Positions 8,246-16,255 of a stretch of DNA of 20,000 nt are shown here, one piece after another. The stretch is from IMG/VR virus record IMGVR_UViG_3300049812_002428; one strand, given 5' to 3'. The stretch's first letter is position 1; each line of letters opens with the position of its first letter. The stretch comes from an uncultured virus (IMG/VR IMGVR_UViG_3300049812_002428). Lineage: Duplodnaviria; Heunggongvirae; Uroviricota; Caudoviricetes. The position numbers and the translations under genes are program-made. Under the pieces are notes generated by a model that was given only the letters and a program-made list of their open reading frames with translations, was not told where the DNA came from and ran no database searches.

Positions 8246-9894
8246 TAAGATAGATACTCCCACATAAAAGATCTATCACCATATTCATCTGCTTTAAACC
8301 ATCTGTCTTCACCATCAACAAAACTATCGTCATCCAAACCATCATTTAAAAATCCAAATGGTGCCATGTCCTGTTCGATTTGATTTTTTTGTTCTTCATA
8401 TAATCTCTTACGAACATCCTGGTCAGTCAGTTCCTTGAAGTAGTCCATCTGAACTAACCAGGCATAGATAACAAGACACATTGCCAAGTCATCATTACAA
8501 CCTTCCTCTGCCTCAAATGAATTATGCTTTGAAATAAAAGTTGTCAATTCTGAGATAATTTCATAGTCTTTAAAGATAAGTTTATCTTCCTCAATCAGAG
8601 TCTTGAGATTAAGAGATCCAACCTTCTTCACAGTCTTAGACATTTTTACACCAAGTTGAGTCTTCTTACCAGAGAAACCTTGTCCAACAATCTGACCTGC
8701 CCTACCTCTCATAGAACACATCAATAGATTCTGATACTCAAGATCATATTGTAGAATGCTTGCAACTTGATCTCCAATATCGTTCACTTCACATAAAATA
8801 TATGCGCTATTATAACTCTTTGCTACTTCGTAAATTATATTGGGGAACAACATTGGTTTGATATCATTGTTCCTATATTTGGCGACAACCTTGTGTGGGA
8901 ACTCCGTTATGTCTACAACTACAAAAGCAGAATAGTCTTCTCCAACACCACGCGCTACGTCAACGGTCATTACATAGTCATGATTTTCTATTGACGGTTC
9001 GTAAACATCGAATCCAGCATTTCTCTGGATAGGATTATCATATATCAATGTTCTTAATTTACTTGGTGCAATCAGAGTATCAACAGATCCAAGGAATTCA
9101 CATTCAAACTCAACTTTGAATTGCTGTTCCGATGTATTCTTAATAGTAGTCTTTTTCCACTTTTCATCCCTACCTGGAACTTCTGACCAGTGAACATCTG
9201 TAGGAACATAATCATTTTTTTGCTTTTCAGCATCATGCCACAATCGGTAGAAATGATTCATACCATGTGGGGTAGATACAATAATTACCTTGGTGTTTTT
9301 ACCAGAAGTAATAGTAGGATAAACAGATGCAAAGAACGAGTCAGCGACGTGATTTGGGACAAATGCGAATTCGTCGAGAAAGAGGATGTTGAACGACATA
9401 CCTCGGACAGCACTCGCAGACGTAGAAGCTGCCAATATCTTACTGCCATTTTCTAACTCCAGTGAACCTTTGTTCCAAGCAATAATACCCTGTTGCATCC
9501 ATTTGGGCAAGTTCTCATATGCAGTCTGCAACCTTCCAAGAAGTTCTCTTGCGGTTGCTGCTTTGTTTGCCAGGATGCCAATATTTACGCTATCATTAAA
9601 TACGGCATAATGTAAAAGGTAAGATACGACTGTTGTGGATTTACCAGTCTGACGTGGCATCTTACATATATTAAATCTGTTACTGTGAAAATTATTAATT
9701 AACTTCTCTTGAAAATGGTAAGGTTCAAATTGAGTTAGACCCTCATCAAGAGAAATAATCTTGACATAATTTTTGGCAAAGTAAACAGGGTCATCCTTAC
9801 ATTTCATAAACTCACGGATATTATCTTCCGTGAATTCAATCGCAGTATTCGCCTTTTTTAGATTAGGATTGCCAAGATATACATTATCAGACAT
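8245..9894 (-). CDS. g17: Terminase large subunit (T4 gp17 homolog)
   Basis: 549 aa; YLGNPNLK N-terminus, Walker A PRQTGKST, Walker B ILFLDEFAF, VSTPHG coupling motif, nuclease motifs VDVARG and NDDLAM. Confidence 0.98.
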   Translation of the reverse strand: MSDNVYLGNPNLKKANTAIEFTEDNIREFMKCKDDPVYFAKNYVKIISLDEGLTQFEPYHFQEKLINNFHSNRFNICKMPRQTGKSTTVVSYLLHYAVFNDSVNIGILANKAATARELLGRLQTAYENLPKWMQQGIIAWNKGSLELENGSKILAASTSASAVRGMSFNILFLDEFAFVPNHVADSFFASVYPTITSGKNTKVIIVSTPHGMNHFYRLWHDAEKQKNDYVPTDVHWSEVPGRDEKWKKTTIKNTSEQQFKVEFECEFLGSVDTLIAPSKLRTLIYDNPIQRNAGFDVYEPSIENHDYVMTVDVARGVGEDYSAFVVVDITEFPHKVVAKYRNNDIKPMLFPNIIYEVAKSYNSAYILCEVNDIGDQVASILQYDLEYQNLLMCSMRGRAGQIVGQGFSGKKTQLGVKMSKTVKKVGSLNLKTLIEEDKLIFKDYEIISELTTFISKHNSFEAEEGCNDDLAMCLVIYAWLVQMDYFKELTDQDVRKRLYEEQKNQIEQDMAPFGFLNDGLDDDSFVDGEDRWFKADEYGDRSFMWEYLS

Positions 9895-9901
9895 AGTTTA
9901 C

Positions 9902-11581
9902 TCAGCAATTCCACTTTCTAAGGGACTTGTTAATTCTGCTATCGGGATCGTTTGCTGTTTTTGAGGAAGTCAACTTCTTCTTCATACCTTTCATTCTGGC
10001 GCAAAAGGATGCCCTGCGGGGATTTCCAACCTTCTTTGAAGGTGCCTTAAGGTCGCTGCCTGGATTTTCTCTTTCGTAAGACTTTCTGCCTTTTTCGTTG
10101 AGTCCACCCTCTTTGTTTTTTCCTGCTTTCCTGGTCCATGCTGCTCCTTCTGCAACTTGGAGTAGTGGTTGTCCTGGGACATAATCGGCGGTTCGGTAAC
10201 TTTGTACTCTTGCGCCAGGATAAACTTTGTCTACTTCGATTTGGACTTCAGCTTTGGTGGGAACCTTAGTCGAAGGGAAGAACATTCTAAGAACATAATA
10301 TCTACCTCTCCAATTGATAGAGGTCATGATGATATTACCAGTCTTAGCAGGTATTCTAACTGCCTCTGACATTGGTTTCACATAATTTTTATCTGCACCT
10401 GGTTTTCCGCCATCTCCACCTTTCGGTGCAGATTTGCATGGTGACATTCCATGTACAGGACATTCAACTCCATTATCGGTATGATTGCACTCAACTTCTT
10501 CTTTTTTGACACAGTTAGGATATCTTTTCCCAAACATAGTCTTCATACCTTTCTTTTCATAACCTTTCCAACACTTTTCATCAAGTTCAAATTCTTCCTT
10601 CTTGGTTTTATTTCCCCAGTTCTTTGCTCCAACTTTTCTGCACTTGACCAATGCTCCTGACGCATATGCACTTGGCCATACAGAGTAGCGTGACTTGACC
10701 TTATGGTAGCAAGCATCTTTCTTGCCTTCCTCAATGTCGATCTCGTCACCTACTTCAACGTTGTTTTCTGCGAACCATCCACGGTTTACTTCTAACGCAC
10801 ACAGTACTTCTCCATCCGAAGCAACTGGATTCTCGTCAAATGGTTCTAATTTTTTGATGCTTTCAATGATACCTTCCTCTGTGATGAAAGCAATGTCAAG
10901 AGGAATTCTTGTTTCTGTCATATGGAAAGACTGTTCTGCAACTTCATCAAAGATGAACAGCATTCCACTATTAATATCCAAACTCTCACGAAACATTAAT
11001 CCTAAGTTGAAATCTCTAATGTTGTTTGGAATCTCAACGTTGAGTGGTAGAGTGATAAATTCGGTAGACTCGCTCATTTTCTTCTTAGGTTTATCTGTTG
11101 AAACGTATGTAGGTTTTGCTGCTCCTGTCTTTTGTGGTTGACCTGGATCAGCAGCTCTTTTCCTTCTTTGAGCAGACTCTCTTTCAGATTTGCTCATGCT
11201 TGCTCTCTTTGCAGAGGATACGCACTTTGGTGTGGATTTCTGACCTGGTTGACGAGCACACGGTTTACCTGATACAACTTGTACCCAACCAGGTTTCCCT
11301 CCTTTTGATTTAGATTTACCAAACCAATCACGAAGACTTTCTTCGCTCATTCCCCCACCATTACCACCATTTCCGTTGCCACCATTACCATTACCATTAC
11401 CATTACCATTACCATTTCCGTTGCCGTTACCATTTTTTGGTTCGTCAACAGTGTGACCATTTTCTTTACGGAGCATTCCAGCACGACCTACAACCTTAAA
11501 TCCTTTTGGGATTGGTTTACACTTTTTGTCAGTGTAACAGTAATATTGTCCCGCAGGGCAGCGTCCGTTCTTAGCCATCAA
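9902..11581 (-). CDS. Multi-module protein: basic Cys-paired modules plus a central DUF192-like domain
   Basis: 559-aa ORF with its own TAAATA box and GGAG RBS. Residues ~177-283 (GLMFRESL..GMLFIF..SFHM..TRIPLDIAFI..ALEVNRGWF..GD) match the DUF192 pattern. CDS is secure, function unknown. Confidence 0.85.
   Translation of the reverse strand: MMAKNGRCPAGQYYCYTDKKCKPIPKGFKVVGRAGMLRKENGHTVDEPKNGNGNGNGNGNGNGNGNGGNGNGGNGGGMSEESLRDWFGKSKSKGGKPGWVQVVSGKPCARQPGQKSTPKCVSSAKRASMSKSERESAQRRKRAADPGQPQKTGAAKPTYVSTDKPKKKMSESTEFITLPLNVEIPNNIRDFNLGLMFRESLDINSGMLFIFDEVAEQSFHMTETRIPLDIAFITEEGIIESIKKLEPFDENPVASDGEVLCALEVNRGWFAENNVEVGDEIDIEEGKKDACYHKVKSRYSVWPSAYASGALVKCRKVGAKNWGNKTKKEEFELDEKCWKGYEKKGMKTMFGKRYPNCVKKEEVECNHTDNGVECPVHGMSPCKSAPKGGDGGKPGADKNYVKPMSEAVRIPAKTGNIIMTSINWRGRYYVLRMFFPSTKVPTKAEVQIEVDKVYPGARVQSYRTADYVPGQPLLQVAEGAAWTRKAGKNKEGGLNEKGRKSYERENPGSDLKAPSKKVGNPRRASFCARMKGMKKKLTSSKTANDPDSRINKSLRKWNC
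11351..11434 (-). repeat. Hexanucleotide (AATGGT)n-type tandem repeat encoding a (Asn-Gly)n linker
   Basis: Plus strand shows repeated ccatta units with ccgttg/ccattt variants; translates to NGNGNGNG...GGNGGG (aa 50-77 of the 559-aa ORF). Confidence 0.92.
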
Positions 11582-11600
11582 AAGAGTAATTACTCCTTAT

Positions 11601-11608
11601 TATTTATC
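11601..11608 (-). promoter_or_regulatory. Late promoter upstream of the 559-aa ORF and g17
   Basis: GATAAATA on the minus strand at the stop of the upstream ORF, followed by AAGGAG. Confidence 0.68.
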
Positions 11609-13310
11609 AACCATCAAGTGCTACAGTGAGACCCAAAGTCATACCTGGCAGTTCAGTCCAACTAGTGCCATTATAAAAATTAATTTTTTGAGTGGTTGTG
11701 TTGTAAATCATCGCACCTTCATTAAAAGTTGCTGCATCTCTTGCTGAGGTTGTGTATTGTGGCATATAGAATGCGGTTCCAACCGTTGCAATACCAGTTA
11801 CATCTAAATTTCCACTTAAAGTTAAATTAGTACCAGCACAGTTTTCTGCAAGTTCAGATGGAGCTCCAGATAATGCTGTGCTAGCGATACCAACCCACTT
11901 TGATGTAGATGAGTTGTAAATTAATAGTTGATTATCAACCCCAGTAAAAGTAACATCATCAAGATCCTTGATGAATCCTGCACCACCACCACCGATTGAT
12001 GATAGTTGATATTGAACTCTCTCTACAAATATCTTATAGTGTTTTTGAAGTTGATCAAGAGTTACAAAATCTTGATTAAGTGGAGTAAGGGGATCTGGAT
12101 TATCAGTCTCTGGTGGATCCTCTCCAAGAGGAACATTATTCTCTGCAAGTAACTGCTGTTCTTCTTTTAATTGTTTTTGAGATGACTTAATCTCTTCTAC
12201 AATTTTGTAAAGTCCTTTAATATCAGACTTTACATAATCGATATCTTTATCATAATACTTGACTTCTGGAAGTCCTGAGATTTCTTCTCTTAGCTCAGTA
12301 AAATACTTTAGAAGTAACTCATCAGTCTTGGTGCTGGTGTAGTTAATCTCCTTAAGTTCTTTGTTGATGTTCTGCTTGAGAGTGTTGTACTCTCCAAGAA
12401 GTTGTTTCTTTAGTTTGCGATCATCATCTTTGAACTCTTTATGATACTCCCACATTTTGAGAGATGATGATCTAAGTTCCTTCCAGATCTTGTCTTTCTC
12501 TTCATCAATACGAGTATCTACTTTTTCACTTAGATTAGAGATATCATTCTCAATCTTGATCGTGCTGTTGAAATGCTTTGTTTCGACATCCTCAGAGAGT
12601 TGTTCAAGATCAAATTGAACTTTTCCTCTCAGTCCTTCAATAGTGTCGTTGACCTTTACAAAATCATCATCAATAACACTAAAGGTTTTACCAATCCACG
12701 AGAAGTCTGGAACTTCATTTATTTCATTAACCCACTTAGGGAACTGTGGAATCGATGCTTTTACTGTATCAATAGCTTCGCAGATTGCTGCAATTTCTGC
12801 ATCATAATATTTGACCTCTGGTAAGTTTGTTACCTCAGTTTGGAGTATATCAATCCTATCTTCAATGGCATCAACTTGCTCATCATAATACTTAACTTCG
12901 GGTAGACCTTTGATCTGTTCTCTTACAAGATCTACCTGATCACATATTGCTTCTACTTCTCTGTCATAATATCTGACTTCAGGAAGATTGCTGATCTGCT
13001 CTGCAAGTTCCTCAAGTTCTTTATCATAATACTTAATCTCTGGGATATCAGGAATCTCTTCTCTGACATCATTGATTAAACGAATTAATTCTGGAAATGG
13101 TGGGACAATATCTTTTACTTCCGCAAACGTGTTTCCGTCAGCATCTTCTATAGTTACAGTTTCTTCGCTTATTTTCTCTTCTTTTTCCTCTTCAATGAAA
13201 TCTTCTACAGAAGGGAGTTCCTCTGCGTTCTCTTCTGTAATATAATCTTCTATTGACGGTAGACTTTTGTCTCCATCGAAATCCTCATATGAGGGCAAAT
13301 CCTTAGACAT
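11607..13310 (-). CDS. Acidic coiled-coil repeat protein with fibre-like C-terminus, probably a virion structural protein
   Basis: 567 aa; three LPSxED[FY] and five [LI]PE[VI][KR]YYD repeats; GGGG hinge, IKDLDDV, and a C-terminal GAMIYNTTTQKINFYNGTSW motif typical of phage fibre proteins. Confidence 0.8.
   Translation of the reverse strand: MSKDLPSYEDFDGDKSLPSIEDYITEENAEELPSVEDFIEEEKEEKISEETVTIEDADGNTFAEVKDIVPPFPELIRLINDVREEIPDIPEIKYYDKELEELAEQISNLPEVRYYDREVEAICDQVDLVREQIKGLPEVKYYDEQVDAIEDRIDILQTEVTNLPEVKYYDAEIAAICEAIDTVKASIPQFPKWVNEINEVPDFSWIGKTFSVIDDDFVKVNDTIEGLRGKVQFDLEQLSEDVETKHFNSTIKIENDISNLSEKVDTRIDEEKDKIWKELRSSSLKMWEYHKEFKDDDRKLKKQLLGEYNTLKQNINKELKEINYTSTKTDELLLKYFTELREEISGLPEVKYYDKDIDYVKSDIKGLYKIVEEIKSSQKQLKEEQQLLAENNVPLGEDPPETDNPDPLTPLNQDFVTLDQLQKHYKIFVERVQYQLSSIGGGGAGFIKDLDDVTFTGVDNQLLIYNSSTSKWVGIASTALSGAPSELAENCAGTNLTLSGNLDVTGIATVGTAFYMPQYTTSARDAATFNEGAMIYNTTTQKINFYNGTSWTELPGMTLGLTVALDG
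12249..13046 (-). repeat. Five intragenic [LI]PE[VI][KR]YYD repeats
   Basis: Copies at 13023-13046, 12963-12986, 12882-12905, 12801-12824 and 12249-12272; the first four are spaced 60, 81 and 81 nt. Confidence 0.9.
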
Positions 13311-13352
13311 TTTATTAGTACTTAATACTTCGGGATTTCTCTCCCTTCCCCT

Positions 13353-13781
13353 TTATTTAGGATCCTCCTTAAGTCCATCCTTTAACATCTTTGCCAAATC
13401 TGCTGTTGAACCAACGAATAGTGCGTTATTAACGGTAGATGGTCCTTTGACCTTTTCCTCTGCTTCTACGTCTTTTAATTTCTTTTGAAGGTCAAGCAAC
13501 TTATCTGTCGCATCAGCAACGTTCTTGATCAACTGACCTGCAACTTCATATGCTCTTGGCATCTCACTTTCTTGGGCTAGTTCAAGAACACCATTCAACG
13601 CTTCTTGTCCTTTCTCAATAATGGAATAAAGATTACCTCTTGTATATTCGTAATCTTTTTTGATGTCATCAACACCTTCTTTGACCTTTTCAATTTTACG
13701 TTCGATTACTTCTGGTTGAACGACATCATCCGAGGTATTAAAGGTCTCGTCGAGGTCGTTGAATTTTTTTGTCATAGTCAT
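13353..13781 (-). CDS. g16: Terminase small subunit (T4 gp16 homolog)
   Basis: 142 aa; DYEYTRGNL, ELAQESEMPRAYEVAGQLIK, NNALFVGSTADL; start overlaps the g15 stop. Confidence 0.93.
   Translation of the reverse strand: MTMTKKFNDLDETFNTSDDVVQPEVIERKIEKVKEGVDDIKKDYEYTRGNLYSIIEKGQEALNGVLELAQESEMPRAYEVAGQLIKNVADATDKLLDLQKKLKDVEAEEKVKGPSTVNNALFVGSTADLAKMLKDGLKEDPK
13354..13360 (-). promoter_or_regulatory. Late promoter variant at the end of g16
   Basis: CTAAATA on the minus strand spanning the last codons and stop of g16, upstream of the 567-aa ORF. Confidence 0.55.
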
Positions 13782-14779
13782 CAGAAGGTCCCGTCAAATC
13801 CGAAATCATCACCCTCTTCGATAAGAGCATTATCAGCAGCAGTTATCTTACCGATCTCTGCACCTCTGACATGTGCAACTGCCGTGGTGTTATCTTCACC
13901 ACGTCTTACATTAAGTTTATTACCAGTTATCGACTTGATGTATAGTTCTTCGTCACCGATAGCGATGTAAGAATCAGCGGTGAGTGTGCTGGCATCTTCA
14001 ACTTCAATGTAAGTAACTTTTGCAGTGATGTCATCTGTGAGAGTGGTTGCAACATCTCCAGTGTAATTTTTGATTGCTCTGGGAGTAACAGAATAAGAGT
14101 ATTCTCTTGTTGTATTTGCGGTGTCTGTTCCAGTAAGATAACTGATAGTTGCCTTTTTGATGATATCTTTGGTGACCTTGGTTGCTGGACCAAACAGATA
14201 TGTTTTTGCGGTAAATCTTAGGGTATAAAGGAGAACTCTTCTTGAGGTATAGTCTCCCTCATATTCGTCGGACATTGTGATGTTTTCTAACACTACTGGA
14301 ATATCTCTTTTCTCTTGAATTGATTCAACCAGTTCCACTGTCAAGTTATATGCTGGTTGAAAAAATGGAAGGATTTGTTCTACGATTTGGAGAGCATCAT
14401 CATTTAATTTGGTCATTATACTCAACTCAAACGCCATATTGTAGGGAACCGGCATATATGATTTTTTTACGTCTGTCGCACTATCAGGATCCTTGACAGT
14501 GAAAGTTTGAGTTGTTGTTACTTTTCTAGATGAATCATATGTGAGTCCAGTGAACTCAAAAGACATCCTTGGCAGTGTGATTGCAAATGGTTTATTTAGA
14601 TCAGGAGACTGCTCCAGTCTTGCAAGGAACTTTTGTGTAGGACCATACGCCAGAGGGACTTTTACAACACTAAAGACATCATCACTAGAATCAGTTTTTT
14701 TGATGGAGATGTCATTGAAAAGTGTACCAAATGATATAATGGTCCTCCTCAAAATTTCGTTGTAAAAATATTCAAACAT
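13781..14779 (-). CDS. g15: Tail sheath stabiliser / tail terminator (T4 gp15 homolog) with a C-terminal extra domain
   Basis: Motifs FGTLFNDI, KVPLAYGP, LPRMSFE, PVPYN, QIVEQILPFFQP; between g14 and g16. Confidence 0.94.
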   Translation of the reverse strand: MFEYFYNEILRRTIISFGTLFNDISIKKTDSSDDVFSVVKVPLAYGPTQKFLARLEQSPDLNKPFAITLPRMSFEFTGLTYDSSRKVTTTQTFTVKDPDSATDVKKSYMPVPYNMAFELSIMTKLNDDALQIVEQILPFFQPAYNLTVELVESIQEKRDIPVVLENITMSDEYEGDYTSRRVLLYTLRFTAKTYLFGPATKVTKDIIKKATISYLTGTDTANTTREYSYSVTPRAIKNYTGDVATTLTDDITAKVTYIEVEDASTLTADSYIAIGDEELYIKSITGNKLNVRRGEDNTTAVAHVRGAEIGKITAADNALIEEGDDFGFDGTF

Positions 14780-14817
14780 GGTTTAGTCCTACAAATCCTT
14801 ACACAATTGTGTGTTTT

Positions 14818-14824
14818 TATTTAG
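14818..14824 (-). promoter_or_regulatory. Late promoter variant overlapping the g14 stop
   Basis: CTAAATA on the minus strand; its TAA (14821-14823) is the g14 stop. Confidence 0.62.
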
Positions 14825-16251
14825 GGAATACCGAATGGATTCTGCTCTGAGAAGTCAAGAATAGAATCTGCCTCTGTTTCTATGTTAATATTGTCAGCAA
14901 ATCCATCATCAACAGGTTGAACATCTACCACTCTGAGAGCGTAAGAAGCACCAGAGGTAGATCCTACTATATTTTCTCCAGATGTAAATTCTCCATCAAC
15001 ACTACCAAGTTCAAGAACGTTCGTAGTTGAGTTCCAAGTTCTAACTCTACCAGTTGTTCCACTAGTAGAACCTGTGACTATTTCGTTGAAGGAGAAGGTT
15101 CCTGACCCAGAACTTTCTGGTGAAGCGATAGTGATAGTAGGAGCAACGGTATAACCAAGACCAGCGTTAGTGATATGAATTGCTGAGATAGTACCCGCAG
15201 CACTGACTATCGCAGTTGCAGCAGCAGATACCGTAGACACTCCTGTAAATGTGATTGTAGGATTTTCTGTATATCCTCCGCCGCCAGCAGTAACAGTGAT
15301 GATACCGACAACACCATCACCGATAGTTGTAGTTGCAGCAGCACCAACACCATTAGTTCCACCACCACTAAACGAAACGGAAGGAGCTACAGTATATCCT
15401 GCACCAGACTTGACAACGTTAACTGCTTGTACAGATCTGTCTTTAGGATTAACATTGAAATTACATACATTTATTCCACCGATCATAGTGGCAATACCAA
15501 CAGCGGTGATTCCACCTGAGGGAGCAGAAGACACGCCTACTGTGGGAATACTACTATATCCACCACCCCTATTAGTAATAGTGAAGAATCTTACACCTCC
15601 GTTAAATATTGCTGCTGTTGCAGTAGCAGTAGAAGCAGCTCCGACTAGTGAGAGAGTTTGAGTTGGTCCCTGAATAGTGTTGATACCGTCATCGGTAAGA
15701 CCATCATAGTCTTCACCAATCAAATTATTGTCAATATCTTCAATACCGGTTGCAATAACCTCATCCTCCAATCTGAATAGTTCACAATACAATTCATAAA
15801 CATAGAGGTTCTGTAACTGATAATATGGTTTGGCGTATTCTACATCTTTGATTTCGTAGATTCTATCGTCAAGAGGGAACCATATAAGATCTCCACCTTT
15901 AGGTCTAGTTGATAGTTTAACGTTCGATTGATCCTCAATCAACGGAGTAATATAGTTTTCAAATCTTTCTCTTGAGATAATCAGTCTAACTTCATCCTGA
16001 GACTGAACCCCGAACTTAGAAAGAATATTACCAGCACCAGAGTATTCGTCGTAGTTATCAATATACGCTTCTAAAGGAAGTGCAATGTCAAACTTAGACT
16101 GCACAACTTCTCTGATAACTGTATTCTCTGTTAGATACTTTCGGGGTAGATAAAAGATATCTACTCCATACATTCTAAGTTGTTCATTAATTAAATCTTG
16201 GACAAGATTTTGCTCACCAGTAGTACCTTGAGTAAAAAATGGATTAAGCAT
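14821..16251 (-). CDS. g14: Neck protein (T4 gp14 homolog) with an internal repeat insertion
   Basis: N-terminal EQNLVQDLINEQLRMYGVDIFYLPR, SKFGVQSQDE, RPKGGDLIWFPL, YELYCELF; C-terminal DFSEQNPFG; central Gly/Thr-rich repeats. Confidence 0.93.
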   Translation of the reverse strand: MLNPFFTQGTTGEQNLVQDLINEQLRMYGVDIFYLPRKYLTENTVIREVVQSKFDIALPLEAYIDNYDEYSGAGNILSKFGVQSQDEVRLIISRERFENYITPLIEDQSNVKLSTRPKGGDLIWFPLDDRIYEIKDVEYAKPYYQLQNLYVYELYCELFRLEDEVIATGIEDIDNNLIGEDYDGLTDDGINTIQGPTQTLSLVGAASTATATAAIFNGGVRFFTITNRGGGYSSIPTVGVSSAPSGGITAVGIATMIGGINVCNFNVNPKDRSVQAVNVVKSGAGYTVAPSVSFSGGGTNGVGAAATTTIGDGVVGIITVTAGGGGYTENPTITFTGVSTVSAAATAIVSAAGTISAIHITNAGLGYTVAPTITIASPESSGSGTFSFNEIVTGSTSGTTGRVRTWNSTTNVLELGSVDGEFTSGENIVGSTSGASYALRVVDVQPVDDGFADNINIETEADSILDFSEQNPFGIP

Positions 16252-16255
16252 GATC

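Noticed and set aside
8245..9894. Intein or intron in terminase, portal or capsid genes
   Set aside because: Lengths are ordinary, motifs are contiguous, and I saw no intein splice-junction or homing endonuclease motifs.
11351..13046. CRISPR-like array or DGR repeat pair
   Set aside because: The repeats are in-frame, vary at synonymous positions and encode peptide repeats; no constant DNA repeat with unique spacers and no reverse transcriptase in the window.
13331..13346. GGGA-GAGAAA-TCCC hairpin after g16 as a terminator
   Set aside because: Only a 4-bp stem with no following U-tract.
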